Of a DNA stretch of 64,000 nucleotides, positions 10,528 to 23,569 are shown in pieces. Origin of the DNA: Peribolospora baueri (taxonomy: Eukaryota); assembly GCA_029717555.1 (NCBI GenBank), contig JAMDHS010000048.1, positions 1-64,000 of the forward strand. The letters run 5' to 3'. The notes under the pieces are model-generated. The model did no database searches and was not told the origin of the DNA. It was given only the letters and a program-made list of their open reading frames with translations. Position 1 is the first letter of the stretch. The number at the start of each line of letters is the position of its first letter. The translations under genes and the position numbers were made by a program.

Positions 10528-13525
10528 TCACGCGCCATTGCTGTGATGACTGAGCGCCTGATCGGCCTTCTGCAGATCGCCCTCGCTCAAAGCATTCGTC
10601 CTGACGCCGTTCGCACCACCCACGCTACCGGGCGTGCTCACTCCGGAGCCTACGGCCGAGCCGGAGCGCGACCTGCTGCCGGAGTGGGTCTTTGTGATGA
10701 GCGGGAAGGGATATGCGTCGTCGTCGTCATCGTCGGCGTCCTGGTTGTGTAGCGAGTGCCAGGCCTGGGTGTGTGCGCGCGAGGCAAGAAAGGAGAGAGG
10801 AGTGAGTGAGTCGGTGAAGAGAAGGAGCGCGTCAGAGGGACGGACGGAGGGGGCGCGCGCACCTGTACACCTCGGTAATCGGACGTGTCGAGCGCCTGCA
10901 TCCCCTCGGTGAGCGTGCCCATGTCCCCCGGCGTCCTCCAGCCCGCCCTACTGCTCAAGCTCTGTCCTCTCAGCCTCGGGCTGGCGGGCGCGCTGAGCGG
11001 AGGCACCTGGGCGGCGGACGAGCTGAAATCGAAATAGTCCTCGTCGTCCTCGTTGAACGAGTCTGGGTACGCGCGCCGGAGGGCGAGCTGGCGCGCCTTT
11101 GCGTACTCGAGTCCGAGGGACTTCCAGTCCAAGAGAGGCGAGAGCCGCTCGGTTCGGTTGCGCTGGTTGATGCGTTGGCGGCGGGTCTGTGTGCCGACGA
11201 GACGATGGCCGGGACGGAAGAGGGGAGGAGGACATGGTAGGGAGGAGGAGGACATGGTAGGGAGGAGGAGGACATGGTAGGGAGGAGGAGGACGGCAGGG
11301 AGGAGGAGGAATGTGATGAGCCCGGGAACGGGGACTAGGGCGGAAAAGGGACGGTCGGGTGGTCGACTGACCTTCTGACAAAAGGAGACCATCTGATCCG
11401 TCAACTGGTTCACGCTCTCCTCCACGCTCTTCTGCCTACGATCGACAATGTAGATGCCATAGTCGTCCGAGTTGTCGATCATGTCTTCCATGAAGCACCC
11501 GAATCCGCTCAGGTTGGTTGTGATGGATGGGATGCCCATGACCGTGCACTCCGCCGGCGTGTACCCCCACGGCTCGTAGTAGCTCGGGAAGACGCCGAGG
11601 TGGCAACCTCGTACGAATTCTTCGTAATCCAAGCCGAGGATCGGGTTGTTGGCGTTGAGGAACTCTGGGTGGAAGACGACCTTGACGCGGTCCGACGAGC
11701 GGTTGAACAATTCCACGCGACGGATCTGGTTCAGGATGGGGTCGTTGGCGTCGTCTTGCATGTTGTGCGTCGTGATGGGCGGGAGGGAGTTGCGTTTGAG
11801 AGCGAAGAGGCGACGCTTGAGGAGGATCTTGTCTTGATCCGAAAGGAGCGTCGCGGGGTCGATCAGATCGTCTCCTCCGGCGCTGTTAAAGAGGAGAGTG
11901 GGGACTGGTTGTGAGCCCGAATGGAGGGAGGACAACAACGAGGGGAAGATGGGAGAAGAGGACGAAAAAAAAAAAAAAAAGAGGCGAGGACAGACGAAAA
12001 CAAAAGAGGAAGCAATGACAGATGAAGATAAGGTAAGAAGAACGCACCCCTTGTACCTCGCCGTCCTCTCAAAAAGCCTCTCGCCGACGCGCTGCTGTAT
12101 CTCGGTGACGGTATCCTTGAGTTGCTTGGTGACGGCCTGTCCCTTGAGGGCCTCGATGGTGTAAGAGTGGGTGGCGGCGGGCATGATGATAAAGGCCACG
12201 ACGGTGACCGAGCTGCCCATCGTCTGCAGACGGTGGTTGAGACGGGCGAGCGACTCGATGAACATATCCACGCCCTTGTTCCTGTACTCGTACCTGCCGG
12301 CGGTGAAGAAGTAGAGGGTGTTGTCGAGGTCAAAGTCGTAGTGACCGTAAAAGTGACCGCGGACAAAGTCGTTGATCTTGGCCTTTGCAACGGCGTGCAG
12401 GTTCTGGAACTCGTGCACGGCAGAGAACTTGACGACGTTGAGGCCGTTTGGCAGGACGCCATCTGCAGGAATCATCGGAGAGCAGGTTCAGCGAATCGTC
12501 GGAGCAGGTTCAGCGAGGGAAACCGCGCGCTCGGCTCACCAGGTTTCCTCTTCAACAAGTGCTCGCTCTCGTAGGCGGTGATGTGGCTAACGGTGGTGAA
12601 GACGTCTGCACAGTGGGTCGCGGCCCTCTCGATACAATATCGGTGGTAAATCCCTCGTTTTCCGGCCTCGTGATCGACGTCAAAGTACTGGAGGTTGTTA
12701 TAAAAATCGACCGAGCCCGCACAGAGGTATCGGCCGAGGAGGGTGGCATGGGTGGTGAAGACGGTGGTGACGTCGATGTGGCGCTTCCTGCAGAGCGGGA
12801 TGGCGACGCCGGCTTGCCATTCGTGGAAGTGGGCGACGACGGCGCGGCGGCGTTCGTGGGTGACGAACTGTAAAAAAATATGCGTAAGGGAGCGATGGGA
12901 GCGATAGGAGGTAAAGGGTAAGAAAAGCTACTACGAAGATGACCAAAGAAGAGAAAAAAGACGCGACTCGCCTCGCCGAGGAACCAAGCGACGAGGTAAC
13001 CAAAGATGATGGTCTCGTTCGTCTCTTGATCGTTGGGCGGCGTCGGAATGCCGGCCAGGCTCCAGAGGTCTCCCTTCCACTCGTCCAAGCGATTGTAAGC
13101 GCTTCCGGTGTCGAAGAGAAGGACGCGGGGGGCGGAGTCGATGAGCCAGCGGCCGTAAAGGAACTTGACGCCCGCCTTGCGCATGGCATCCAAGGTGAGT
13201 CGGAGGGGCTCCGAATCGGGCTCGAGCGCCTCGACCTCCATGGGCGCGGTCTTGTAGGAGAGCGGGCCGATGAGGCAGTAGCGGTCGCCATACTCCTTCA
13301 CCGTCACGGGCGCCTTGGTCTTGATGACGGTGTAGATGCCTCCGACTGTGGTAGGGGAGGGAGAGAGAGAGCAAAGGGAGGAGGATGAGCGGGCGATCAC
13401 TGGGCGGGCGGAGGAGCGATGGAAGCACGGGGTAGCTGACCCTTGTTGGCGACCTCCCACGCGGACTCGAAGAGGAGATGATCGTCGCCGACATGGCGAG
13501 TGAGCTGCTGCTGTCCGTCCGACAT
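10528..13525 (-). CDS. GSY1: Glycogen synthase (GT3 family)
   Basis: Motifs [58 protein letters not shown] and [16 protein letters not shown]. Exons 13525-13441, 13345-12972, 12867-12540, 12462-12048, 11882-11372, 11186-10863 and 10764-10528. Confidence 0.97.
11221..11310 (+). repeat. 20-bp tandem repeat (GGAGGAGGAGGACATGGTAG), about 3 copies plus degenerate copies, in a glycogen synthase intron
   Basis: Read directly; lies inside predicted intron 11371-11187. Confidence 0.9.
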
Positions 13526-14696
13526 GCCGAGGGACGGAGTCTAGTCTAATGGGGCTTGGGTGGTAGGATGCGGTGGGCGAGGGGGGGTGAAGGAGTAAAG
13601 AGAAGAAGGAAGGGTGGTTGATGGATGGAGGTGGTGGTTGGAGGAAAGAAGGGAGTGGGTGTGGGGTAAGGCACAGTTGGGTGGTTGTCGATGTGCCTAG
13701 CGCAGACGATGACGACGACGCGCGTGTGGGGACTGCAATCGCTGCCGAGCGTGGAAGAGGAAGAAGGAAAAAACAAAGAAAAGGGAGAAGGAGACTGCGT
13801 CGGTTGGGAAAGAAGATAGATGAGCCGACGCCGCCGACGCTCGCTCCCAACCGTCGTCCATTCCATTGGCTCGCTTTGTATGTGTCTCTCTCTCACCCTC
13901 GCAAGCTCCACGCCGAGTCGGAGGCGACGTTGGCGTTGGCTGTGGATGGTATTCGCTGAGACGACGCGGGGCGACGCTGCTCGTTGGAGGCGGGGCGGGG
14001 CGGACGGGTGGTGTAGGAGGAAGAGAGGCGGCGGCACGAAGACGAGAAGACGAAGGCGAAGATGAAGACGAAAAATGGACAAAAAAAATGAAGAAGAAGA
14101 AGAAGAAACAAGCAAGCACCGGTCTTCGCTCTCCCCCGATCTCCCCCTTTACTCATTCACCCTCCACCCCCGATCTCCGCACCCGCCCCGCGCCCCACGC
14201 CGCGCCGCAGCAAACATTCCATCCGTCAGACATTGTGTCGCTCTCTTATCATCCACGGACGGACGGACGGACAGACTGACAAACAAAACGAGTGGTATAT
14301 GAACAATCCGTACATGCAAAGTTACGAGGGCTAATCCCGTGGTCACCCGAGAAGGAAGGAAGAAACGAAAGAAGGAAGGAGACGCTCCTTCTTGCGGAGC
14401 ATCACGCAAACGGAAACCGAACCGAGGACGACAAAGAGCGAAAGCAAAAGAAACAAGGGTTGGGCAAAGAAAAGGGGGGGTAGGAGAACGGCGCATTACT
14501 GCGCGATACAATGTTCTGGGATAGGATGGAATGGAATGGATGGATGGATCGACTGCTTGTGGGGAGAGTTGGAATCGACCAAGAAAAGATACAGGACCGG
14601 GGATGCCGTAGAACGGCGAGGAGACAGCGGAACGACGACGACTGGGAGGGTCCCAAAACCGCAAAGCGAAGAAGAAAAGAAGCAAACAAAGGGCCG

Positions 14697-17600
14697 TCAA
14701 GCGTGCGAATCGCCAGTCCCGGGCCGAGACGACGTTCCGGTCCCCCTCCTGGATGTCGGCTTGGTGGGCGACTCGCCGTCGGTGTCGTCGTAGTGGCTCC
14801 CGCTCTCCTCCCTGATCGCCATCAGACCGCCCTCGCTCGGGCTCCGGCCCTCGAGCGACGGACCGTGAGCGTGAGCGCTATTGCCCAATAGGCCGAACGC
14901 CGGCTCGATCGACTCGGGGGAGAGCGGCGAGTCGGAGGCGTCAACTCCTTGACGGCGAGGCAAAGACGGGTCGGGATACTGCAGCCAGAGACGGTGCTCG
15001 GCCTCGTCGTCTGACGTGGACGTCGACGACGACTCGGCACCTCCTCCGCCCAACGCCAGCTCTCCGGCCATTCGTTCGTCCTGCCTACGCTGACCACTCT
15101 CCTCGGCGACGCCGCCTGGCAATTCGGCTACGATCTCGCCAGACGCAGGTTCGTCGCCCTCCTCCTCATCTTCCTCACCGGCAGTACCGCCGGCGGCGGC
15201 GGCAGCATCTCGGTCCTCATCGCTCTCGCGTGGAATGCTCGCTCCGTCAGAGGCCGGCCGCCTGGTCGTCAACTGCCACCAAGCGCCGGTCTCGCGGGTA
15301 CGGGCCAAACTCCCAAGAGGGCGTGCCTCCTCAGCGGCCACGGCCACGGGCCCGGCGACGCCAGCGACGACGACGACGACGTCCATTTGGGACCCCGGAA
15401 CGATCTCTTCTCCGTCCAGCTCCTCGCTCTCGATCCCCGAACCGGCGTTCGGAAAGCGTGAGCGTCGTCGACGACCGGAGGCGGACGGGCGTGGATCCTC
15501 CCACTCCATCAAGTCTTCCGAAGAGCTCGAGTTCGAGTTCGAGTTCGAGCTCGCGCTCTCCGCCCCAGCGGCGCCGCCACCTCCACGGCCCCGTTCACCG
15601 GAAGAAGGCGGCTCGAACGCTTCGCCCTGCGACGCCACAGACGAAACCGGCAATCCCACCCAAGACCGATTGGGCATGTGGTGGTAGTCATAGTACGCCG
15701 CGAGGGGGTCGTCCGCACTGCCACCGCACTGCCCGCCTCTGCTCTGGCTCTCGAGCACAAGCGCACCACCACCACCGCCGCCCGCTCTCTCGACAAAGCT
15801 GTCAGAGCCGGCCGAATGCGAGCCGGGCCGACTGCCCGAGGCGGCGGCGGAGGAGCTCGGCGTGCGTTCAAGCTCGCTCGCCGAACTGAGGTTAATCTCT
15901 GGATCGGAGACTTGTACGAACGGTGCGCCGCCGGGGCCGGTGAGGAAAGGGTATGGATCGAAGTCGGGCAAGGTAATCGGCGGCGTCGGCGTACGTCCGT
16001 CGTCGTCGCACGATCCGGAGATGACCTGCTCGACCAACGGCGGCCGTGCCGTCTGGCGAGGCGTGCCGCTCCGGGCGGATTCGGACGACAGCGACGTCCC
16101 GCCACGATCCATGGCGGTAGCAGAGAGCGAGTCGGCCGTCGTGGGCGCCTTTGTCACCGCTCCAGGTGCGGCCACGGACGCCGGCGCCGGCGGGTATTCC
16201 GTGCTCGACGGAAGGGTGGCGGGGAAGGAGGGATCGGAGGGACTGGAAGCGACCAAGGCGGTGGTGGTATGGCTGCTCTTCTGCGGCGACGTCGGATAGA
16301 CGCGCTGCGGTTGTCGACCGACACCGGAGACGGCGTACAACTCGGGCGCGCTCATGCTCGTCATCGTCGGCTGCTGAAGTGGAAACGACAGCGGCATCGA
16401 CAGCGCGGACATCTCCGGCGTCGTCCCGTTCCGCGCGGCGGCTTCCGCGGCAGAGAGGATGGGCGACGAGTCTGTGCTGACGCCCGTGCTCGTTCCGGGC
16501 GTTGCACCCGTCCCAGGCGTAGCCGAGGATCTCCCACGCGAGGGTGTGGGCGTGACGGCGCTCGGTCCGGCGGTGGCGGTGGCGGCACTCGTCTGGGCGC
16601 GCGCAAAGGACGGCGTGCGCGAAACGTCCTCGCTCTTGCGCTCGGACAAGCGCCCGCCTCCGCCGTCGCCGCTCCGCCGCCTTGCGAGCGCGCCGCTGGT
16701 GGAAGTGTCGAGAGAAAAGCGACCGCCGCTGACGCGAGCAAAGGCTGCCGTTTGACTGCCGATGCTGGATCCACGGGCGAGGAGGGGACGGGAGGTGCAC
16801 GAGTCCACGGCGTCTTGGACTCGCTGGGCGGCCCTGCGACGCCAGCCCCAAGGGCGGGTCCAGCCCTCGCCCCTCACGTCATCCCACGCGTCCAAGGCGG
16901 CGAGGTCGGGGATGTACGTGTAGCCGTGAACAGGGTCGTCGTCGTATTCTTCTCCGAGGAGAGTGGCCGGCTGTCCGACGTGAGCCGACCGACGGCGGCG
17001 CGACAGAGACTGGGATTCGAGTCTGAGACTCTCGGCGCGAGAGGTGGGGCCATGTCCGAAACAAGGGTTGCCGGCGACGCACACGAGGGCGGTCCACGAA
17101 GCGAGGAGGACTACGATACGCCAGGCGGCCCAGCAGGTGTTGATGAGGAGGATGACGAACGCGTAGGTCGTCAAGGCGCCATCGTCGGAGTGGAAGTAGG
17201 CAGTGTCGCGGGGCGTCGCAGGTAGCAAGGTCTGCGAGGCGGAAGAAAAGAGGAGGAGGAGGACAAGGGAGAGGGCGGCTCGGGGGAGCAGAAGAAGGAC
17301 GGTGGGCCAGTCTAGGATCGAAGTCGGGAACGAGCGATCAACTTCCTCGTCGTCGTAGTTGACGACGGCCATGAAACGAGGGCGAGGGCGAGGACGAGGA
17401 CGAGTACTCACTCTGTGACAAGTACCAACACGTCTCGAGAGCAAAATCGCCCCATCCGGCACGCAGACGGATACGGTAGAGGAATGAGTAGAGGGCATAG
17501 CTCTTCATACAGGTCAGGTTGAACGCCACGGAGGAGAGGTAGATGGGAAAGATGGCCGGCCGACCTGGAGTGCGGGCAAGAGTGAGAAGGGGAGGAAGCT

Positions 17601-19455
17601 CGCACATCAGCTCGCAGCTCGAAAGGGGACGACGATGACGCCGGACGGGGAGAGTCGACACTGCGGCCTACTCACTGCTCTTCCACCTCCTCGCAAACTG
17701 CCACAGCACCTCGTATCCCACCAGCACTCCTCCAGCCCACGCGACGAGGCAGAACACGTACGCTGCGACGGCGACCCACCAGGCCTTTTGTGCTCCTACC
17801 AGTTCTCCTCCGCCTCCGCCTTCGACTTGCGGCTGCGGCTGCGGGTGAACGGCGACCTGCACGAGGGCGTAGAGGACATTATAGTCGAGGAAGATGGTGA
17901 TGGGAAGATAGGCGTAGACGAGGAGCGGGAAGACGAGGTAGTGGATCCGGGCGAGTCTGGAGCGGTAAACGAGCGGCGACAGGTTGAGCGCGGGAGCACG
18001 GAAGCGCGGCGTGATGGGCCCGCCGTTGCCGAAGCCGAAACCAGACAAGAGGACGGAGGAAGGGAAGGAGGGAGGCGCACGGACGGGGCCTCCGGAGCTC
18101 CTTCGTCCTCTGGCGCTCGTGGGCGAGTGGCTGGGCGCGTGGACGAGGGTGGCGGCGGGGGGGTGGGCGTAGGCGATGCCGAGGTCGGAAGGGACAGAGA
18201 CGGAAACGGGTGGCGCCTCTGCGGGGGAAACGCGAGTGTCGGAGGACCTGACGACGACGCCATCGCTCCTCCCGTCGCCACCACTGCTGTGCCTAACCCT
18301 CGCGGCAAGCACGTCAGGATGGACGGGACGGTGACCGTGACGATCCTGCCCGCGCGCCGTCCTCATGCTCTCGCTCCTGGAGATGGCAACGCGGTGAGCG
18401 ATCGCATCGGGACTACTAAGCGAACGACCGGTGCCGGGGGAGGCGAAAGCGGCATCGAGGGAGCGACGAGCGCCTCCGGCGGCGGCGGTGACGGCGACGG
18501 CGGGGGAAAGAGCGGATCGGGAGAGAGCGGAGGGGTCGAAGGAGAGCCGCCTCGCCGAGAGTCCTGGTCCTGGGCCACCAGAGCCGGTGGGGACGGTGGT
18601 GGCGGAAGAAAGAGAAGAGCTAGCCTGCTGGCTCGTCGTCGTCGTCGTGGCTGGAGGGAGGATGCGGGGAAAAGCGGTGGCCGTCGATTTGGTGGTGGTC
18701 GAGGTGAAGGTGCCGCCGGCGGCGGAGGGAGAGGCAGAAGAGGAAGACGGGAATGAAGAAGGGTATAAAACCTGTCCTCGTCCTGACAACGACCGCCGTC
18801 GGGCTTCACCGCCGGCGCCGGCGCCGGCGCTGACCCTCCTCCTCCTCGTGTCGGCAAGCGACACTGGCACGTCTTCCCATCCCATACCGGCCCTCTCCCT
18901 CTCGCCGGCGGAGGAAGAGCGCAGCCTGCGTGCGACTTGCTTCTGCCGCCCTGGGCCCTTGACGTTGCCGTTGCCATTGGCCTTCGCCTTGCCCTTGCCC
19001 TTGCTTCTGCCTCTATCCCGCAACGTGACCGTCGTTTCGACATCGTTGTCGTCGTCGTCATCATGATCATCATGATCATCATCACACTCCCCACTCTCCT
19101 CCCCCGCCTGCCCGTCTCCCTTCAGCTCGCCATTCCCCTCCCCGCCGTCACGCCAACCGGCCAAGATCCTCTCGAGGCTCAGGCTGCCCGGGCTCCGTCG
19201 TCCAAAGGTGCTCTGAAGGAGGTCGTCCGAGCTGTTCGCCGAGCTGGCCCGGCGTCCGGGAGAGGAAGAGGAGGCGAGGATGGGCGAGCCGTGCGGGTGG
19301 GGAGAGACGGGCGAATGAGCGGGATAGGAAGGCTGGGAGGGACCGGCGGAGGAGGAGGCGGTGGTGATGGGAGACGGCGTCCCACGCGTGTCTTCCTTCG
19401 TCGCCGGCGGCATGGGGTCGGCGTTGGAAGAGGGGGGAATGATCGGACTGTGCAT
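14697..19455 (-). CDS. Large membrane protein of unknown function (central TM cluster, disordered flanks)
   Basis: Exons 19455-17676, 17564-17412 and 17311-14697 join in frame. Hydrophobic segments include IHYLVFPLLVYAYLPITIFLDYN, WWVAVAAYVFCLVAW, NWPTVLLLLPRAALSLVLLLLF and YAFVILLINTCWAAWRIVVLL. Confidence 0.75.
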
Positions 19456-20924
19456 CGGGCCTCGTCCGGTACGGGGGGATCGTGCGCTACGCAGGCGGAA
19501 CGTCGTCGAGGGCTTGAGCTTGGGGCGGTTGAGGAGGAGGTGGATTGACGACGGCGACGGCGACCACTCTTTTTCTTCTTCCTCTTCCTCTTCCTCTTCC
19601 TCTTCCTCTTCTTCGCCGATGCGGAGAGGAGTAGGGATTATGCGCGGGGCCCTGGCAAGAGGAGGAGGAGAGCATGAAGTGGACGACAGGGGCTATATAG
19701 CGGGAGCGGGAAGGGCTCGACTCGACTCAGAAGAGGCGAACGGCGTTGAGGCGCCCCAGTGGGGGTCAGTACGCCGGAGGGCAGGGCATGGGCCGGGGGA
19801 GATGGTGAGAGTGAGGAGGGCGGAGTGATGGGGATGATGGCGTGACGTGAGAAAGGGGGAGGGATAGAGATAGGGGAGCGGTGGGGTGGCCTTTGGTGCG
19901 TGCCTTGTCGGCGTCGTCGAGTCGAGTCGCTCGAGCGGGCCGGGCTGGCCGGGCTGTGCTGAGGTGAGGGGGAGGAAGGAGAGATGGGAGGAGAGAGCAG
20001 GTTGAGCGACTCGTTCGTGCGTGCGTGCGTTCGTCGTCCGTCTCTTCGGGGCCGGCGGCTGCGTCGGCGGGCGGAGGGTGATCGGGATGGACGTCGTGGC
20101 GGGCTGACGATGGAGAGAGGGCGACTCACCGGCGGGTGGAGACGTCTCTGGAATGTGGGACGGCGAGTGGGAAAGAGAAAAGTGGGGAACGGAGAAGAGA
20201 AGAAAGAGAGTGAGGGGTGTGGGTGGTGGTGGTGGAGGCAACGAGCGTCGAGGGCGTTCGAAGCACGACAACGGGCCTATTCGCGTTGTCGGCTGCTATC
20301 TGGAAGAGAAGACGATGGAGAAGAAGGAGGCGATATAGAAGGAGAAGGAGAACAACGTCGGTCAAGCCAAGTCCATCGTCGACCGACCACCGAGACGCAA
20401 CTCGCCGCCGCCACCACCGCCAGGCATCGCCTCGCTCCACCTCACCTCACCTCAAGGCTCCTCGTATCGTTCCGCCGCCATCTCGTCTCCACCCGAGTCC
20501 ATCTTCTCGGAGCGCGCGCTAGCCTGGTACGGGATCGCCCACACCGCTTCGCTTCTGTGCATGGCGTCCGACGCTTTTATTAGACGCACGTCCACAGATC
20601 CATCGATGGTGGTCTCCAGTCAATAGCCTCCATTCGCACTCGCACTCGCACCCAACTATTTCGCCCCTCGTGCACGTTCCCCACCGCCGTCATCGTAACC
20701 TAGATAAACAGGTAGATAAATAAGATAAAACTGATAGATAGACAGATAAACGGCCCATCTCCTCCCGTTTTTGCCGCCGCTCGTCCTCATCCCCATCGAT
20801 CGCCGCCTATCGCCGCTGCCGCCCCTCGATCAGCCCTCGCACGGTCCGTGCGTTGCGTTGCGTTGCGTTGCTCCTTTCATGGACTAGTCCGCGCTCGCAC
20901 ATCGCACCCCTTCCATCTCTCCGC

Positions 20925-23111
20925 ATGCATCCTCATCCTTCTCTCTCGCGCCCCCACTTCAAGTCCTCCTCTTTCGCCCACCGTCCGAAAGCCCAGGAGA
21001 CCCGTAGGCGGCAGGCGATCGACGAGCAGCGGAGGGTGAGCGACCGAGCAGGCGAGAGACAGACAGACGAAGACGAGAACGAGGACGAGGACGAGGACGA
21101 ATGCGACGAATGGAGGCCAATGCTGATCCCAACCCAACGTCCCGTCCACCGCAACAGAGGCGCGCTCGACTCGTCGATCAACAGCGCCGAGGCGCCGCCG
21201 AGACGACGCAGTCCACCTCTCTCCTAGGCGTCTCCCTCGATCACATCAGCCTCGAGGAGGAGGAAGAAGAAGAGGAAGAACAACGAAAAGGAAAAGAGGC
21301 GCCGGAGGAGGCCGCAGTAGGAGACGAAGCGGGCCATGCACAGTCGTCCGCTTACGAGGAAACGGCCGACAAAGCCGACGAACGACGTCCGGCGGCTCGC
21401 TTTCAAAACGCCTGCGAGGACTACGCACCCACCTCCCGTTGTCGTCGTCGTCGTCCCAAGCGCGAGCGCGAGGACAAAACCAAACAGGGCCAGAGACGGC
21501 CTTCCCAGTTTGCCGACGTGCTCATGTACGCCGAGCTCCTCGAGCTCGACGGGGACGGAATCCCGTCCGATCTCGAGACCGAGTGGGTGGCCCTCGCACC
21601 GGTACCCAGAGGCAAGCGCTGTCTTGCCGTTTCCGATGCTGGCGCTGGTGCGGCCAATAGAGGGTTAGGTGTTAGAGGCGGTGAGTGAGCTATTTTTTGC
21701 TCCACGACGTCGCCGTCATCTCCAACACTTTCCTTCTCTCTCTCTGTCCAACCACAGCCGCGACAACGCTCACCCTCTTCTCCCGCCAATCCGGCCGACC
21801 CCTTCCTCTCTCCTCCGCCGCCCACACCCTCGGCAGAGGCACCTTCCCTGCCCCTTTCGACCTGCCCACCCGAACCGCGCTCGACTGCGTGTACGACGTG
21901 GAGGGCAAGAGTCCCGTGCTCTGGGTGATCGACATCTTGACGTGGGCCGGAAGGGCTTATAACGAGTTCCAGGCCGAGTTTCGGTGAGCGCGCCCCGATG
22001 GATTTGCCGTGTGGATTATTTTTTCATTCACGTTCTCCGCCTCTTCGATCGATCCCGACGCCCCAAACAGCTTCTACTGGCGCGATGCCAAGCTGGCAGA
22101 GCTCGGCCCACCCGTCCTCCCCTCTCACTTCCCTTTGCCTTCCTCGGCCGCCGTGCCCGTGCCCGTGCCCTACCCATACATCCTCATGCCCGTGCCCTAC
22201 CACTCGCCGCCCCTCTCCATCCCCACCTTCCTCGACACCGTCCTCCCGGCCGCAAGGGGAGGACAACAGCTTTCCCTCCACGTCCTCGTCCCGCCAAGGC
22301 CGGGCCCTCCTCGACGACGACCGACGCTCCAGCCGGCGGAGACGGCGTCGAGAGCGTCGATGAACGATGACTTTACCGGCATGGGCCGGTGGACTTTGGT
22401 CACCGACGCGGAGCAAGAGGATGACCGCATGATGGATGCGGATGAGGAGCGGCCGTCCCTTCCGCCATCCAAGCCCGACGATAACGACAACGACGACATC
22501 CCAACCGAGCAGCCGACAGCGACGCTCCACACCCTCTGCCTCCCACCGCTTCAGACCGACGGCCTGCTCCTGTACGTCAAGGAGGCGACGTACGTCTCCG
22601 GTAGCACGCCTCTCGCCGTCTGGGTGCCTGCCGACGGGTGGGCGACGCATCGAGCTGGGATGGGCATGGACACAGAGATGAAGATGGAGGTGGAGATGGC
22701 TGGGAGCGAGGATACGGTGGGAGGAGGAGAAGGCGCGTTGGAGGTGCGAGATGGACGTGCGGAGGACGAGAAGAAGATGACGATCGTCGTCGACGACGAC
22801 GACGCACACCTGCACGTCCACCCTCCACGCCGCGCGGACACCGGCCAACAAGCCGAACCCGAACCCGAACCCGAACACAGACACGGCGAACAACAGACGG
22901 AGACCGGCCTGGCCTTGTTCGAGAGGTGAGTCAGACTCGCCAACGTCGGCTTCTGCAAACGCGACGCGACGCCTCCTCGACGTAGTGAGTCTTCCCCGTC
23001 CCCTCTCACCGACCCGTTCCTTTCCTTTCCTTTTCTCCTCCTCCTCCTTCGCCCTCCCCGCCAAGGCTCCTGCGCGCTCGCGCCACGAGGACTAGCACCA
23101 TCACCCAATGA
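20925..23111 (+). CDS. Snurportin-1-like m3G-cap-binding import adaptor
   Basis: N-terminal basic IBB-like segment (QETRRRQAIDEQRRRRARLVDQQR). Cap-binding-domain motifs LMYAE, WVALAPVPRGKRCLAVS, TALDCVY, LWVIDILTW, AEFRFYWRDAKL and DGLLLYVKEATYVSGSTPLAVW. Exons 20925-21035, 21158-21680, 21758-21983, 22071-22925 and 23066-23111. Confidence 0.8.
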
Positions 23112-23569
23112 GGAAGAGCAACGAGCAGCAAAGACGAGACGAGCCGCCTTTTCCTCTCTCTGTACGTAGCCCTATCCGAGAGCAGAGCGAGGAGGGAGCG
23201 CGGGCCTATCCATTGCCACGCCGTGACGGACGCGGGAGAGGAGGAGAGAAATGCAAACTTCGATCCCCCTCCATCCTCGCCCCGCTTATATATAATATGG
23301 CGACGGAACGAACGAACGCGTCTGCGTCTGCCCGTCTCTTTCCTTTCTCTCTCACAGCCGCAGCTCTTAACGCCTTGACGAGCGTTGCACGCAAAAAGAA
23401 AGATCTAAACACACTGGCTCGAGCCAAACGCAACATGGGAGCAGACTGAACAAGAACGAGGAAACGAGATCCGCGACAGGGACACACACCGCCTTCCTCA
23501 GCACCACGTCGGACCGCCCTGCGGCCTCCACGTAGCGTATCAGCGTCTCCCCGACGACGCCTCGTCGAT

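Noticed and set aside
11221..11310. 20-bp direct repeats as a possible CRISPR-like array
   Set aside because: Head-to-tail with no spacers, inside a eukaryotic intron; this is a minisatellite.
15678..18756. Long + strand ORFs (515 aa, 373 aa)
   Set aside because: Antisense shadows of a GC-rich minus-strand gene; stop codons are scarce in such DNA.
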